A DNA stretch of 64,000 nucleotides from the NCBI GenBank assembly GCA_963742735.1, contig CAVUMN010000003.1:352001-416000 (forward strand), in the 5' to 3' direction. Positions 10,448-19,797 of the stretch are shown one piece after another (position 1 is the stretch's first letter; every line of letters starts with the position of its first letter). The DNA is from an uncultured Actinomycetes bacterium (GTDB lineage Bacteria > Actinomycetota > UBA4738 > JBBDTT01). The position numbers were made by a program, and so were the translations under genes. The notes under the pieces were generated by a model that saw nothing but the letters and a program-made list of their open reading frames with translations, was not told the origin of the DNA and made no database searches.

Positions 10448-12100
10448 ATGGCGGACCCCACGCCGTCTCCCGTTGCATCCGAGGGTGGCGAAGCGCCCGT
10501 GAGCACACCGGCGAAGCCCGCCCCAACCCTGACCTATTCCGGCCCGACGATGGCCGAGGCCACGGCGGATCTCCACCGGCGCCGCGACGACGCGCGCCAG
10601 ATGGGCGGCCCCGAGCGCATCGAGCGGCAGCATGCCGGCGGCAAGCTGACCGTTCGTGAGCGCCTCGAGCGGCTGTACGACGAGGGCTCGTTCCTCGAGT
10701 TCGGGATGCTGGCGCACCACCAGTCGGCGTCGCCGGCGATGCAGGGCAAGAACACGCCCGCCGACGGGGTCGTGTGCGGCATCGGCACGATCGACGGCCG
10801 CCGCGTCGCCCTGATCGCGTACGACTTCACGGTGATGGCCGGCTCGATCGGCATGGTCGGGGAGCTCAAGGCGACCCGGATGCGCGAGCTCGCGCTCAAG
10901 GAACGGATCCCCATCGTGTGGCTGATCGACTCGGCCGGCGCCCGCATCCAGGAGGCCGCCGGCTCGATGTTCGCCCGCACCGGCGACCTGTTCAAGGAGC
11001 AGGTCCACATGAGCGGGGTGATTCCACAGGTCTCCGCGATGATGGGCCCCGGCGCCGCAGGGACGGCGTACATCCCCGGGCTCGCCGACTTCGTGCCGAT
11101 GGTCAAGGGCACCTCGAACATGGCCCTCGGAGGACCGCACCTGGTGAAGGCGGCGGTGGGCGAGGACGTCACCGCCGAGGACATGGGCGGCTCCGCGGTG
11201 CACAACAAGGTCTCCGGCGTGGCGGACCTCGAGGTCGCCGACGACGACGCCTGCCTGGAGGCCGTGCGCACCTACCTGTCGTTCTTCCCGTCCTCGAATC
11301 TGGAGAAGCCGCCGATCCGGGAGACGTCCGACCCCATCGATCGCCGATGCGACCTGCTGCTCGATCTGGTCCCGGCCAACCCGCGGCAGGCGTACGACAT
11401 GCGCAAGCTCATCGCGGAGGTCGTGGACGACCACGAGTTCTTCCCGATGAAGCCGGACTGGGCCCGCAACCTGATCACGGGCTTCGCCCGAATCGGTGGA
11501 CGGCCGGTGGGGATCGTGGGCAACCAGCCGATGTTCCTGGGCGGCGCCCTGGATGTGAACTCCGCGGACAAGGCGGCCCGGTTCGTGTGGCTCTGCGACG
11601 CCTTCCATGTCCCGCTCGTCTTCCTGATGGACTGCCCCGGGTTCCTGGTCGGCTCGGCGGTCGAGAAGCAGGGGATCATCCGCCACGGCGCCAAGATGCT
11701 GTTCGCGGTGGCCGAGGCCACCGTCCCGAAGGTCACGGTGGTGATCCGCAAGGGCTACGGCGCCGGCTACTACGTGATGAACGGGCGGGCGTACGAGCCC
11801 GACATGATCGTCGCGTGGCCGACCGCGGAGATCTCGGTGATGGGCCCCGAGGGCGCGGTGAACATCATCTTCCGCAAGCAGATCGAGGCCGCGCCGCCGG
11901 AGCAGCAGGACGAGATGCGGGACTCGCTGATCAACACGATCCGGGAGCAGATCAACCCCTACGTGGCGGCGGGCTGGTCGTTCGTGGACGACCTCATCGA
12001 TCCCGCCGACACCCGGACCGTGCTCGCTCGAGCGCTCGCGTTCGCCGAGACCAAGGTGGTCGAGCGGCCCTGGCGGAAGCACGGGGTGCTGCCGGTCTGA
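10448..12100 (+). CDS. Acyl-CoA carboxylase carboxyltransferase (beta) subunit
   Basis: QHAGGKLTVRER, ADGVVCG, DSAGARIQE, DKAARFV..CDAF..PLVFLMDCPGF, RKHGVLPV. Confidence 0.95.
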   Translation: MADPTPSPVASEGGEAPVSTPAKPAPTLTYSGPTMAEATADLHRRRDDARQMGGPERIERQHAGGKLTVRERLERLYDEGSFLEFGMLAHHQSASPAMQGKNTPADGVVCGIGTIDGRRVALIAYDFTVMAGSIGMVGELKATRMRELALKERIPIVWLIDSAGARIQEAAGSMFARTGDLFKEQVHMSGVIPQVSAMMGPGAAGTAYIPGLADFVPMVKGTSNMALGGPHLVKAAVGEDVTAEDMGGSAVHNKVSGVADLEVADDDACLEAVRTYLSFFPSSNLEKPPIRETSDPIDRRCDLLLDLVPANPRQAYDMRKLIAEVVDDHEFFPMKPDWARNLITGFARIGGRPVGIVGNQPMFLGGALDVNSADKAARFVWLCDAFHVPLVFLMDCPGFLVGSAVEKQGIIRHGAKMLFAVAEATVPKVTVVIRKGYGAGYYVMNGRAYEPDMIVAWPTAEISVMGPEGAVNIIFRKQIEAAPPEQQDEMRDSLINTIREQINPYVAAGWSFVDDLIDPADTRTVLARALAFAETKVVERPWRKHGVLPV

Positions 12101-12921
12101 GCGCCGTCCCGGCCGAGGCCTCGCCGGACGAGCTCGTCGCCGGCATCGAAGCGCACCATCGCGAGCTCTCGGCGAAGTGGGCGAGGGCGCAGGGAGGCGT
12201 CGTCGACGACCGGCCTCAGCTGGTGCGGACGGTGGTCGGGCTCCCCGTGTCCTACACCAACCAGATCAACGCCGCGCGCCTCACGCCGGATGACGCCGAC
12301 GCCGAGATCGCCGCCACCGAGGCGTTGCTGGAGGGCCACGGCGTGCCCGGGATGTGGGTGGTCGGCCCCCTCAGCACGCCGGCGGATCTTGGCGAACGCC
12401 TGGTGCGGCGAGGATGGGTGCACGACGAGGACCTCCCGTGGATGGCCGCGCCGATCTCCCGGCTGCTCGAGCCCGGCCCCGAGGCCCCGCCGGGGCTGCG
12501 GGTGGAGGTCGTGGACGACGACCACGCGCAGGCCCGGTGGCTCTCGGTGATGAGCGATGGGTTCGGGATGGACGCGAACGGGCGGGAGGCGATGTCGCGG
12601 CTGGCGGCGGCGGTCGGGTACGGCGAGGACCGCCCCTGGCGGCGGTTCGTGGGCTCGATCGACGGACGTCCGGTCGGCAGCGCCGGGCTGATGACCACCG
12701 AGCGGGTGGCCGGCGTGTACAACGTGGCGACGGTCCCCGACGCCCGTCGGCTGGGCGTGGGCGCCGCGATGACCGCCGTCGCCCTCAGGGAGGGCCGGTC
12801 CCGGGGCTTCGAGGTCGCCGTCCTGGGCGCCTCCACCAAGGGCTATGGGGTCTACCGGCGGATGGGCTTCGCCGAGGTCTGCCGGGTCGGCCTGTACGAC
12901 TGGACGCCGCCGCCGGGCTAG
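12097..12921 (+). CDS. GNAT family N-acetyltransferase (start uncertain, possibly CTG)
   Basis: AGVYNVATVPDARRLGVGAAMT acetyl-CoA motif, GYGVYRRMGF. Confidence 0.8.
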   Translation: MSAVPAEASPDELVAGIEAHHRELSAKWARAQGGVVDDRPQLVRTVVGLPVSYTNQINAARLTPDDADAEIAATEALLEGHGVPGMWVVGPLSTPADLGERLVRRGWVHDEDLPWMAAPISRLLEPGPEAPPGLRVEVVDDDHAQARWLSVMSDGFGMDANGREAMSRLAAAVGYGEDRPWRRFVGSIDGRPVGSAGLMTTERVAGVYNVATVPDARRLGVGAAMTAVALREGRSRGFEVAVLGASTKGYGVYRRMGFAEVCRVGLYDWTPPPG

Positions 12922-13658
12922 GCGTCGGGGGGCGACAGCAGATACGCGGAGGCCTCCCGATCGAACGCCGTCGCCACCAGGCCGGCGGCCATCGCCGCCT
13001 GCAGCTCGTCCGCGACCGAGTCCCGGAGGGCTCGGGCCCCCTCCGGATCGGAGATGCGCAGCGCCTCGTGGTCGGCCGGGATGGTCACCCGCGCGGTCAC
13101 CTCGGCCACCTCGCGCGGGCCCGGCGCTCCGTGGAGGTCCCACCGAACCTCCAGTCGGTCCGATCGCTGGCCACGGTTCACGTCGTCGTCCATGTCGCCG
13201 TAGTAGTGCTTGTGGAAGCGGTCCGCCACCGTCCCCAGGATCTGGAGGTTGAAGTACGCGTTGCGGGCGATGAGCGGATCGAACGTCCAGCGCATCGTGC
13301 CGATGCCCTGTTTCAGGGCCCACGCGCGCTGGGCCAGCTTCAGGGCTCGGCCCACGCCCCTGGACCGCTCGCCCCCGGTGACGGCGAGCTGATGGGAGTG
13401 CACGTGGAGCCCGTCCTCGCCCGCCCCGATGAACCCCAGGACGAACCCAACGACCTCCTCGCCGGCGAAGGCGCCCAAGGGGGGGATCCCGGCTCCCTGG
13501 AAGGCGCGGATCACCTCCCGGGGCACCAGCTGGCCGTCGCCCCACGCCTCTCGTTGGAGCCGGACGACCGCGCCCGCCTCGTCGAGGGTGGTGAGGGTCC
13601 GGATATCCACGCCGGCCTCCCCGGCGGCGAGCCGGGCGGCTTCGTGGGGATCGTCCAT
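12918..13658 (-). CDS. GNAT-family acetyltransferase
   Basis: HSHQLAV..ERSRGVGRALKLAQRAWA, WTFDPLIARNAYFN, SDRLEVRW. Confidence 0.85.
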   Translation of the reverse strand: MDDPHEAARLAAGEAGVDIRTLTTLDEAGAVVRLQREAWGDGQLVPREVIRAFQGAGIPPLGAFAGEEVVGFVLGFIGAGEDGLHVHSHQLAVTGGERSRGVGRALKLAQRAWALKQGIGTMRWTFDPLIARNAYFNLQILGTVADRFHKHYYGDMDDDVNRGQRSDRLEVRWDLHGAPGPREVAEVTARVTIPADHEALRISDPEGARALRDSVADELQAAMAAGLVATAFDREASAYLLSPPDA

Positions 13659-13698
13659 GGCCGGCGAGTGTAGCCCCGCCGGCGGTACCCTCCTGGCG

Positions 13699-14298
13699 AT
13701 GGCGACCGACGAGCCCCACCTCGTGATGCACGAGCTGCACCGCCGGGCGGGGGAGACCTTCAACGCAGTTCTCCGGCAGGCGAACGGGACGGACTGGCAT
13801 GCCCCGACGCCGTGCGGGGAATGGGACGTTCGCGAGCTCGTTCACCATGTGGTCTCCGGCAACCTCTGGGTGCCCCCACTCGTGGCCGGCGAGAGCCTCG
13901 CCGAGGCGGGAGCACGCCTCGACGGCGACCTGCTCGGGGACGATCCGATCGGGGTCGGGCTGGCCTCGACCGTGGCGGCCACCGCGGCGTTCGATGAGCC
14001 CGGCGCCCTGGAGCGAACGGTGGAGCTCTCGCGCGGGCCGTCTCCGGCCCTGGACTACTGCGCCGAGCGGATGAACGACCTGGCGATCCACGCCTGGGAC
14101 CTGGCCGCGGCCCTCGGGGTCACCGTCGAGCTCGACCGCGAGTGCATGGCCGCGGCGACGGCGTACCACCGGCCGCAGGAGGCAGTGGGGCGGCCCGCAG
14201 GGATGTTCGGTCCGCCGGTCGATGTCGCGCCGGACGCCGATCCACAGACCCGCTTCCTGGCGTTCTGGGGCCGACGCGCCGACTGGGCCCCCGAATAG
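13699..14298 (+). CDS. TIGR03086-like metal-binding protein (mycothiol-dependent maleylpyruvate isomerase/DinB superfamily)
   Basis: WHAPTPCGEWDVRELVHHV, DLAIHAWDLA, DADPQTRFLAFWGR. Confidence 0.85.
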   Translation: MATDEPHLVMHELHRRAGETFNAVLRQANGTDWHAPTPCGEWDVRELVHHVVSGNLWVPPLVAGESLAEAGARLDGDLLGDDPIGVGLASTVAATAAFDEPGALERTVELSRGPSPALDYCAERMNDLAIHAWDLAAALGVTVELDRECMAAATAYHRPQEAVGRPAGMFGPPVDVAPDADPQTRFLAFWGRRADWAPE

Positions 14299-14330
14299 CG
14301 CCGGGTCCCCGCGGGGCCTAGAGTCTGGCC

Positions 14331-14891
14331 ATGACCGCGCCCGGGGTCGGCGACCCAGCCCCCGACTCGGTCCTCTGGGATCCCGACGGCGAGGACGTCG
14401 CGCTCTCCAGCTTCTGGAGGGAGCGGCCCGCGCTGCTGGTGTTCCTCCGGCACTGGGGCTGAACGTTCTGCCGCCGGCACGTCGCGCAGTTGCGTGACGA
14501 GGAGGACCGACTGACGCCGCTGGCCAACGTCGTGTTGGTGGGCCAGGGGCGGCCCGAGCATGCCCGGGACTTCTGCGCGGCTCGCCGCGTCGCCGACCGC
14601 TTCCACTGCACGGTCGCTCCGCACAACGAGACGTATCGCCAGTACGGCCTCGACCGGGGGTCGTGGATGGCGGTGGCCGGGCCGAAGGTGTGGCTCCCCG
14701 GCGCGCAGTCCTTCTTCGGCCCCGAGACGCACCAGGGCCGAACGAAGGGCGACCCGATCCAGCTCGCCGGCACCTTCGTGATCGACGCGGCCGGCGTGAT
14801 CCGCTTCGCGCACCGAAACCGGACGTCGGCGGATAATCCTGCGAACGAGGACGTGCTGGCCGCTCTCGAGGCGGTCGTCTCGGGTTCCTGA
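14331..14891 (+). CDS. Peroxiredoxin-like (AhpC/TSA_2, PRXL2/SelU-like) selenoprotein, 186 aa, Sec at codon 44
   Basis: ATG 14331 reads MTAPGVGDPAPD...LLVFLRHWG-TGA(14460-14462)-TFCRRHVAQL and continues in frame to QLAGTFVIDAAGVIRFAHR; the TGA occupies the first Cys position of CxxC. Confidence 0.88.
14480..14499 (+). promoter_or_regulatory. Putative bacterial SECIS hairpin
   Basis: CGUCGCGC-AGUU-GCGUGACG, an 8-bp stem (one G-U) with a G-containing loop starting 25 nt after the UGA. Confidence 0.65.
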
Positions 14892-14906
14892 GGAAACGGA
14901 GGTCAG

Positions 14907-15794
14907 GTGGCGGTCCAGGACAAGGTGATCATCACGTGCGCCGTCTCCGGTGCGGTGGCGAACAAGCAGCAGTGCCCGGGCATTCCGTACACGCCCGAGG
15001 AGTACGCGAAGGAGGTCCGCCGGGCTCGTGACGCGGGCGCCACGATGGTCCACATCCACGCCCGGGAGCCCAACGGGACGCCGACCGTCAAGGCCGAGCA
15101 CTACAAGGCCATCACCCAGGCGGTTCTCGCCGAGACGCCCGACATCATCATCAACTACTCCACCGGCTTCGTGGGGCTTCCGATGGCGGAGCGCGTCGCC
15201 CACATCGTCGAGCTCAAGCCCGAGGTCGGCGCGCTGAACATGGGCTCCATGAACTACGCGAAGTACTCGCCGAAGCGCAAGGGGTTCGTCTTCAACTTCG
15301 TGTTCGAGAACCACTTCGACGACATCATCTTTCTGCTCGAGCGCATGAAGGAGGCCGGTGTGAAGCCGGAGTGCGAGACCTTCGACGTCGGCCACGTGGA
15401 GTCGGTCGCCCCGCTTGTGGATCTGGGCGTGCTCACCCCGCCGATCCAGTTCTCTCTGATCCACGGCGTGCTGGGGGGCATCCAGGCCACCGCTCGCAAC
15501 CTGGCCCACATGTCGAGCGTCGTCCCGGACGGGTCGACGTGGGGGGTCATCGCCATCAGCCGGAACCAGTGGATGATGGTCGCGGCGTCGGCCACCCTGG
15601 GCGGCAACGTGCGGGTCGGCTTCGAGGACAACTTCTACCTCCCGTCGGGGGAGATGGCGTCCTCGAACGGCGAGCTCGTGGAGTCGGCGGCCGCGATCTG
15701 CCGGCTGCAGGGACGCGAGGTCGCGGAGCCCCAGGAGGCCCGATCGCTGCTGTCGCTGCCCCTCGAGCCCGACCGAACCGCGGTGATGGCCTGA
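14907..15794 (+). CDS. Beta-keto acid cleavage enzyme (BKACE/Kce, DUF849) family
   Basis: KVIITCAVSG, PYTPEE, MVHIHAR, LNMGSMN, KPECETFD, GGNVRVGFEDN. Confidence 0.93.
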   Translation: MAVQDKVIITCAVSGAVANKQQCPGIPYTPEEYAKEVRRARDAGATMVHIHAREPNGTPTVKAEHYKAITQAVLAETPDIIINYSTGFVGLPMAERVAHIVELKPEVGALNMGSMNYAKYSPKRKGFVFNFVFENHFDDIIFLLERMKEAGVKPECETFDVGHVESVAPLVDLGVLTPPIQFSLIHGVLGGIQATARNLAHMSSVVPDGSTWGVIAISRNQWMMVAASATLGGNVRVGFEDNFYLPSGEMASSNGELVESAAAICRLQGREVAEPQEARSLLSLPLEPDRTAVMA

Positions 15795-16009
15795 TGGCCA
15801 CCGAGGTCCAGGCCGAGATGGTCGCCAACGTCTGGAAGATCGTCGTGGCGCCCGGAGACACGGTGGCCGCCGGCGACCCGCTGGTGATCCTGGAGTCGAT
15901 GAAGATGGAGATCCCCGTGGAGTCCCCGGTGGACGGCACCGTGAGCGAGCTCCGCGTCCAGGAGGGGGGCGTCGTCCAGGAGGGCGACGTCATCGCGGTC
16001 GTCGAGTAA
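15794..16009 (+). CDS. Stand-alone biotin carboxyl carrier protein (TB7.3/Rv3221c-like)
   Basis: 71 aa MATEVQAEMVANVW...ILESMKMEIPVESP with the biotinylation motif; TGATG overlap with BKACE. Confidence 0.92.
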   Translation: MATEVQAEMVANVWKIVVAPGDTVAAGDPLVILESMKMEIPVESPVDGTVSELRVQEGGVVQEGDVIAVVE

Positions 16010-16018
16010 CGTCGCCGC

Positions 16019-16810
16019 GTGACGCTGGTTCGCATCGAGCCCGGCCGGGTCTGGCGGCTCACGCTCGACCGCCCGGAGCAGCGCAACGCGGTCTCCGCGG
16101 CGATGATGGAGGAGTTCCTCTCGGCGCTGGGCGACGCCGCCGTCGATCCCGCCGCGCGGGCGATCGTCCTGGCGGGCGCCGGCGACCACTTCTGCGCCGG
16201 AGCCGACGTCGCGGAGCTCCTGGAGGCCACCGGGGGTCCGGGGGCGATCGAGTACGGCCGCGCATTCGAGGAGGTCCTCCGGGCGATCGGCGACCACCCC
16301 GTGCCGGTCATCGCCCGGGTCCAGGGGGCGGCCCTGGGGGCGGGCTGCCAGCTCGCGGTGGCCTGCGACCTCGCCGTGGCGGCCGAGGACGCCAGGATCG
16401 GAATCCCGTCGTCGCGTCTCGGCCTGCTCATCAACGTCGAGAACATCGAACGCCTCACGCTCTCCGCCGGATCGAAGCGGGCCGCCGAGCTCCTCTTCAC
16501 CGGCCGGGCCCTGGAGGGAACGGAGGCCGCAGCGTGGGGGATCATCAACCGTGCGGTGCCCGCCGCGGACCTCGACCAGGAGGTGGATCGGCTGGCGAAG
16601 CTCATCGCGGACGGGGCGCCGATCTCCGTCCGGGGTTCGAAGCGGGGGATCCAGGCCGTGCTGGGAGCCCTGTCCATGGACGAGACGACCGAGCGGGACC
16701 GCATCGCGGAGTTCGACATGATGGCCGCGCAGGCCCTGGCCAGCGAGGACCTCCGTGAGGGGATCGCGGCCTTCCGCGAACGACGCCCTCCGGAGTTCCG
16801 AGGCACGTGA
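16019..16810 (+). CDS. Enoyl-CoA hydratase/isomerase family
   Basis: LDRPEQRNAV, HFCAGAD, ALGAGCQLAVACD, EGIAAFRERRPPEF. Confidence 0.92.
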   Translation: MTLVRIEPGRVWRLTLDRPEQRNAVSAAMMEEFLSALGDAAVDPAARAIVLAGAGDHFCAGADVAELLEATGGPGAIEYGRAFEEVLRAIGDHPVPVIARVQGAALGAGCQLAVACDLAVAAEDARIGIPSSRLGLLINVENIERLTLSAGSKRAAELLFTGRALEGTEAAAWGIINRAVPAADLDQEVDRLAKLIADGAPISVRGSKRGIQAVLGALSMDETTERDRIAEFDMMAAQALASEDLREGIAAFRERRPPEFRGT

Positions 16811-17466
16811 CGCCGGCGAGGCTCGGCCGGGACAGCCCGCTCGAGGAGCGAGCTCCCGTGGTGATCGACCGCCTGAAGGCGGCGTACCCCGACGCGACCG
16901 TCGCCCTGAAGTTCTCGAACCCGCTCGAGATGCTGGTGGCGACCATCCTGTCGGCCCAGTGCACCGACGAGAAGGTGAACGAGGTCACGGCCACGCTGTT
17001 CAAGAAGTACCGGTCGTGCGAGGACTACCTGAAGGTCCCCGAGGACGAGCTCCGTACGGACATCTTCTCGACGGGCTTCTACAACCAGAAGGCGAAGGCG
17101 ATCCGCGGCGCGTGCCGGGTGCTGCTCGAGGAGTTCGACGGGCGGATTCCCGACACCATGGAGGAGATCGTCCGGCTCCCCGGGGTGGCCCGAAAGACCG
17201 GGAACATCGTCCTGGGCAACGCCTACGGCGTGGTCGAGGGGATCGCCGTCGACACCCACGTCAAACGCGTGGCCACGCGGCTGGGGTTCACCGGCCAGAA
17301 GGATCCCGACAAGGTCGAGCGCGAGCTGATGGCGCGCATCCCGAAGGAGGACTGGTTCTCGTTCACCTACGTGCTCATCGATCACGGACGCCGGATCTGC
17401 CAGGCGAAGCGCCCGTTGTGTGAGGAATGCCCGGTGAACGACCTGTGTCCGTCGAGCCTCGTGTAG
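16807..17466 (+). CDS. nth: Endonuclease III
   Basis: ATILSAQCTD, LPGVARKTGN HhH, AVDTHV, C-X6-C-X2-C-X5-C 4Fe-4S motif. Confidence 0.96.
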   Translation: MTPARLGRDSPLEERAPVVIDRLKAAYPDATVALKFSNPLEMLVATILSAQCTDEKVNEVTATLFKKYRSCEDYLKVPEDELRTDIFSTGFYNQKAKAIRGACRVLLEEFDGRIPDTMEEIVRLPGVARKTGNIVLGNAYGVVEGIAVDTHVKRVATRLGFTGQKDPDKVERELMARIPKEDWFSFTYVLIDHGRRICQAKRPLCEECPVNDLCPSSLV

Positions 17467-17535
17467 CCTTCGGCAGGACCGCGCGCCCCGGCGGAGAAGT
17501 TGTTCGAAACGCCCTCAATTGGCATGGAGGTCAAT

Positions 17536-19797
17536 GTGGCCCGTCGTGTGATCCTGTCGCTGTCCCTGATCGCCCTGCTCGCCTCGGGCCTGACGGGGCC
17601 TCCGGCCGGCGCCGTGAGGAAGCCCAAGAAGCCCCCGGCGATCGGGTTCTCGAGCGCGGTCGTGGTCGACCCCGTGCACACCTTCGGCGAGCCGGACGTC
17701 CGTATGGGTCTCGACGGCGTCACCCACGTGAGCGGCCCGTGGGGGACCGGCACGCAGCGAAGCATCTGGAACATGTCGATGGACGGGGGCCGGACCTTCC
17801 ACACGATGCACGACGAGGCGCTCACCGTCGCGGACCAGTCGGTGACCCAGCACCTGGGCCCGGGAGGCGGCGACACCGAGATCGCGATCGCCCGGGACGG
17901 CACGGTCTTCTACTCCGACCTGGCGGCGCTGGTGACCCTCAAGAATGCGGTGTGGCACCCGGGGGCGCGCACGCTGGAGACCGGCTTCATCACCGACGGG
18001 ACCAGCAACGCCAACGGCATCGACCGGCAGTGGATGGCGTTGTGGGACCCGGCGAACGTGACCGCGACGCGGCGGGCGAGCGGCTACCAGGGCCCGTTCC
18101 CCGTGAACTACCAGACGTTCAACGCGGCCACCGGCGGGATCAGCTGCGATCCTCCCGGCGGCAGCTGCTCGATCGCCACGTACACCCTGGACGGGGTGAC
18201 CTACACCGAGCCCACCGTGACCTGGCCGATGGAGAACGACGGCAACCCGGTCATCGATCAACTGACCGGCACCGTGATCCAGGCCGTGAGTACCGCCGAG
18301 GACTCGAGCGAGAACTACGACGACATCGGGGTGGCCCTGATTCGCCGCGCCCCCGGCGCGAGCCCGACGGACCCCGCCCTCACCCAGGCCGAGGTCATCA
18401 AGATCTCGGATCTGCCCCTGGACGACACCTCGGCGGACGAGGGCGACCACATGGGGACCCGCGTGCTGTTCCCGGTCACCGCGATCGACTCCGCGCGCAA
18501 CGCCTACGTGATCTGGGCCAACCGGGCCGACGGCGCGGCCGGTGAGTCCCCGTCCAAGGCCGCGTGGCAGATCAGCTACGCGTGGGCCTCGGCCTCCTCG
18601 GGCTGGAAGCGCTGGTCCAAGCCCATCCGGGTGAGCCGGCCGCCGTCGAACACGAACATCATGCCGTGGGCCGTCGGAGGCTCCGGCGGGCGGCTGGCCG
18701 TCGTGTGGTACGGGACCCAGGACGCCTCGGCCAATCCCCAGGAAGAGGACATCCATCAGGCGTGGGACGTGTACCTGGCCATGGTCGAGAAGGCGGCCTC
18801 CGCCAGGCCGGTGATTCGCCAGACGAAGGTCACCCGCCACCCGATGCACTACGGGACCATCTGCCTGCAGGGCACCGGTTGCATCGCGATCGCCGGCAAC
18901 CGCAACCTGGCGGACTTCTTCATGGTCGAGAAGGACCCCCGCGACGGCGCGGTCCTGATCGTCTACAACGACACGTCCAACGAGGCGACCCAGAACGTGC
19001 CGCCCGGCGGACCCCAGGTCCCGCCGCCGTTGGACGGCGCCGTGGACCACCGGGGGGCGCCCGTCGTCACCCTCATGCGGCAGAACCGCGGCATCGGCCT
19101 GTTCGGCCGTCCCGTGAACGGCCCCCTGGCCACCGGCAGCTCCATGGCCGACGTCGCCGGCGACGCCGGCTGGGATCCCATCTACGGCGGGGTGACGGTG
19201 CCCGAGCTCGACCTGCGCGGCGTCAAGGTCAAGCGGGCCGGCGACCAGCTGGAGATCCGCGTGGCGGTCGAGAACCTCGACGACATCTCCCAGGCCCACT
19301 TCGCGACGGGCGGCCGCGCGGTCAGCTGGGTGGCCCGGTGGACCGGCGCGCCGGCCGACTCGGCGACGGGCGTGCGCAACCCGATCTACTACGCGGCCGC
19401 GGAGTCCCTCCTGGTCGGCGCGGGCGTCGACGGCGGGGGCGGCGGCGTCTTCGAGGAGACCCCGTTGTTCTTCGCGGGGACCGCGCAGTCCGTGGAGCTC
19501 TGTTCGGTGTCGGGCTGCTTCCCCCACATCATCGAGTACCCGCGGCCGCCGCTGAACGGCGTCGAGATCACCGGCGAGCTGCTGCAGGGCTCCGGCGGCG
19601 CGGTGGACACGCTCGTGTTCCACGTGCCGCTCTCGGCGATCGGCAACCCCGCCCCGGGCTCGTTCCTGGAGAGCTTCTCCGTGTTCTCGTTCACCCGGAA
19701 CCGCTCGGCCGCGGTGCCGTTGTCGAACCTCGAGGCCGAGCTCGGCATCACGCCGATCGAGATCGACGGGATGTGCTGTATCGACGTTCGGGTCTAG
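17536..19797 (+). CDS. Large secreted protein, probable Asp-box/BNR beta-propeller (sialidase-like fold) plus C-terminal beta domain
   Basis: SD GGAGG then GTG 17536; signal peptide; SMDGGRTF Asp-box, GGGDTEIA, NRNLADFF. Confidence 0.7.
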   Translation: MARRVILSLSLIALLASGLTGPPAGAVRKPKKPPAIGFSSAVVVDPVHTFGEPDVRMGLDGVTHVSGPWGTGTQRSIWNMSMDGGRTFHTMHDEALTVADQSVTQHLGPGGGDTEIAIARDGTVFYSDLAALVTLKNAVWHPGARTLETGFITDGTSNANGIDRQWMALWDPANVTATRRASGYQGPFPVNYQTFNAATGGISCDPPGGSCSIATYTLDGVTYTEPTVTWPMENDGNPVIDQLTGTVIQAVSTAEDSSENYDDIGVALIRRAPGASPTDPALTQAEVIKISDLPLDDTSADEGDHMGTRVLFPVTAIDSARNAYVIWANRADGAAGESPSKAAWQISYAWASASSGWKRWSKPIRVSRPPSNTNIMPWAVGGSGGRLAVVWYGTQDASANPQEEDIHQAWDVYLAMVEKAASARPVIRQTKVTRHPMHYGTICLQGTGCIAIAGNRNLADFFMVEKDPRDGAVLIVYNDTSNEATQNVPPGGPQVPPPLDGAVDHRGAPVVTLMRQNRGIGLFGRPVNGPLATGSSMADVAGDAGWDPIYGGVTVPELDLRGVKVKRAGDQLEIRVAVENLDDISQAHFATGGRAVSWVARWTGAPADSATGVRNPIYYAAAESLLVGAGVDGGGGGVFEETPLFFAGTAQSVELCSVSGCFPHIIEYPRPPLNGVEITGELLQGSGGAVDTLVFHVPLSAIGNPAPGSFLESFSVFSFTRNRSAAVPLSNLEAELGITPIEIDGMCCIDVRV

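Noticed and set aside
14490-14891. 133-aa ORF as a complete gene
   Set aside because: It lacks the first strands and active site of the thioredoxin fold. It is the 3' part of the Sec-containing gene starting at 14331.
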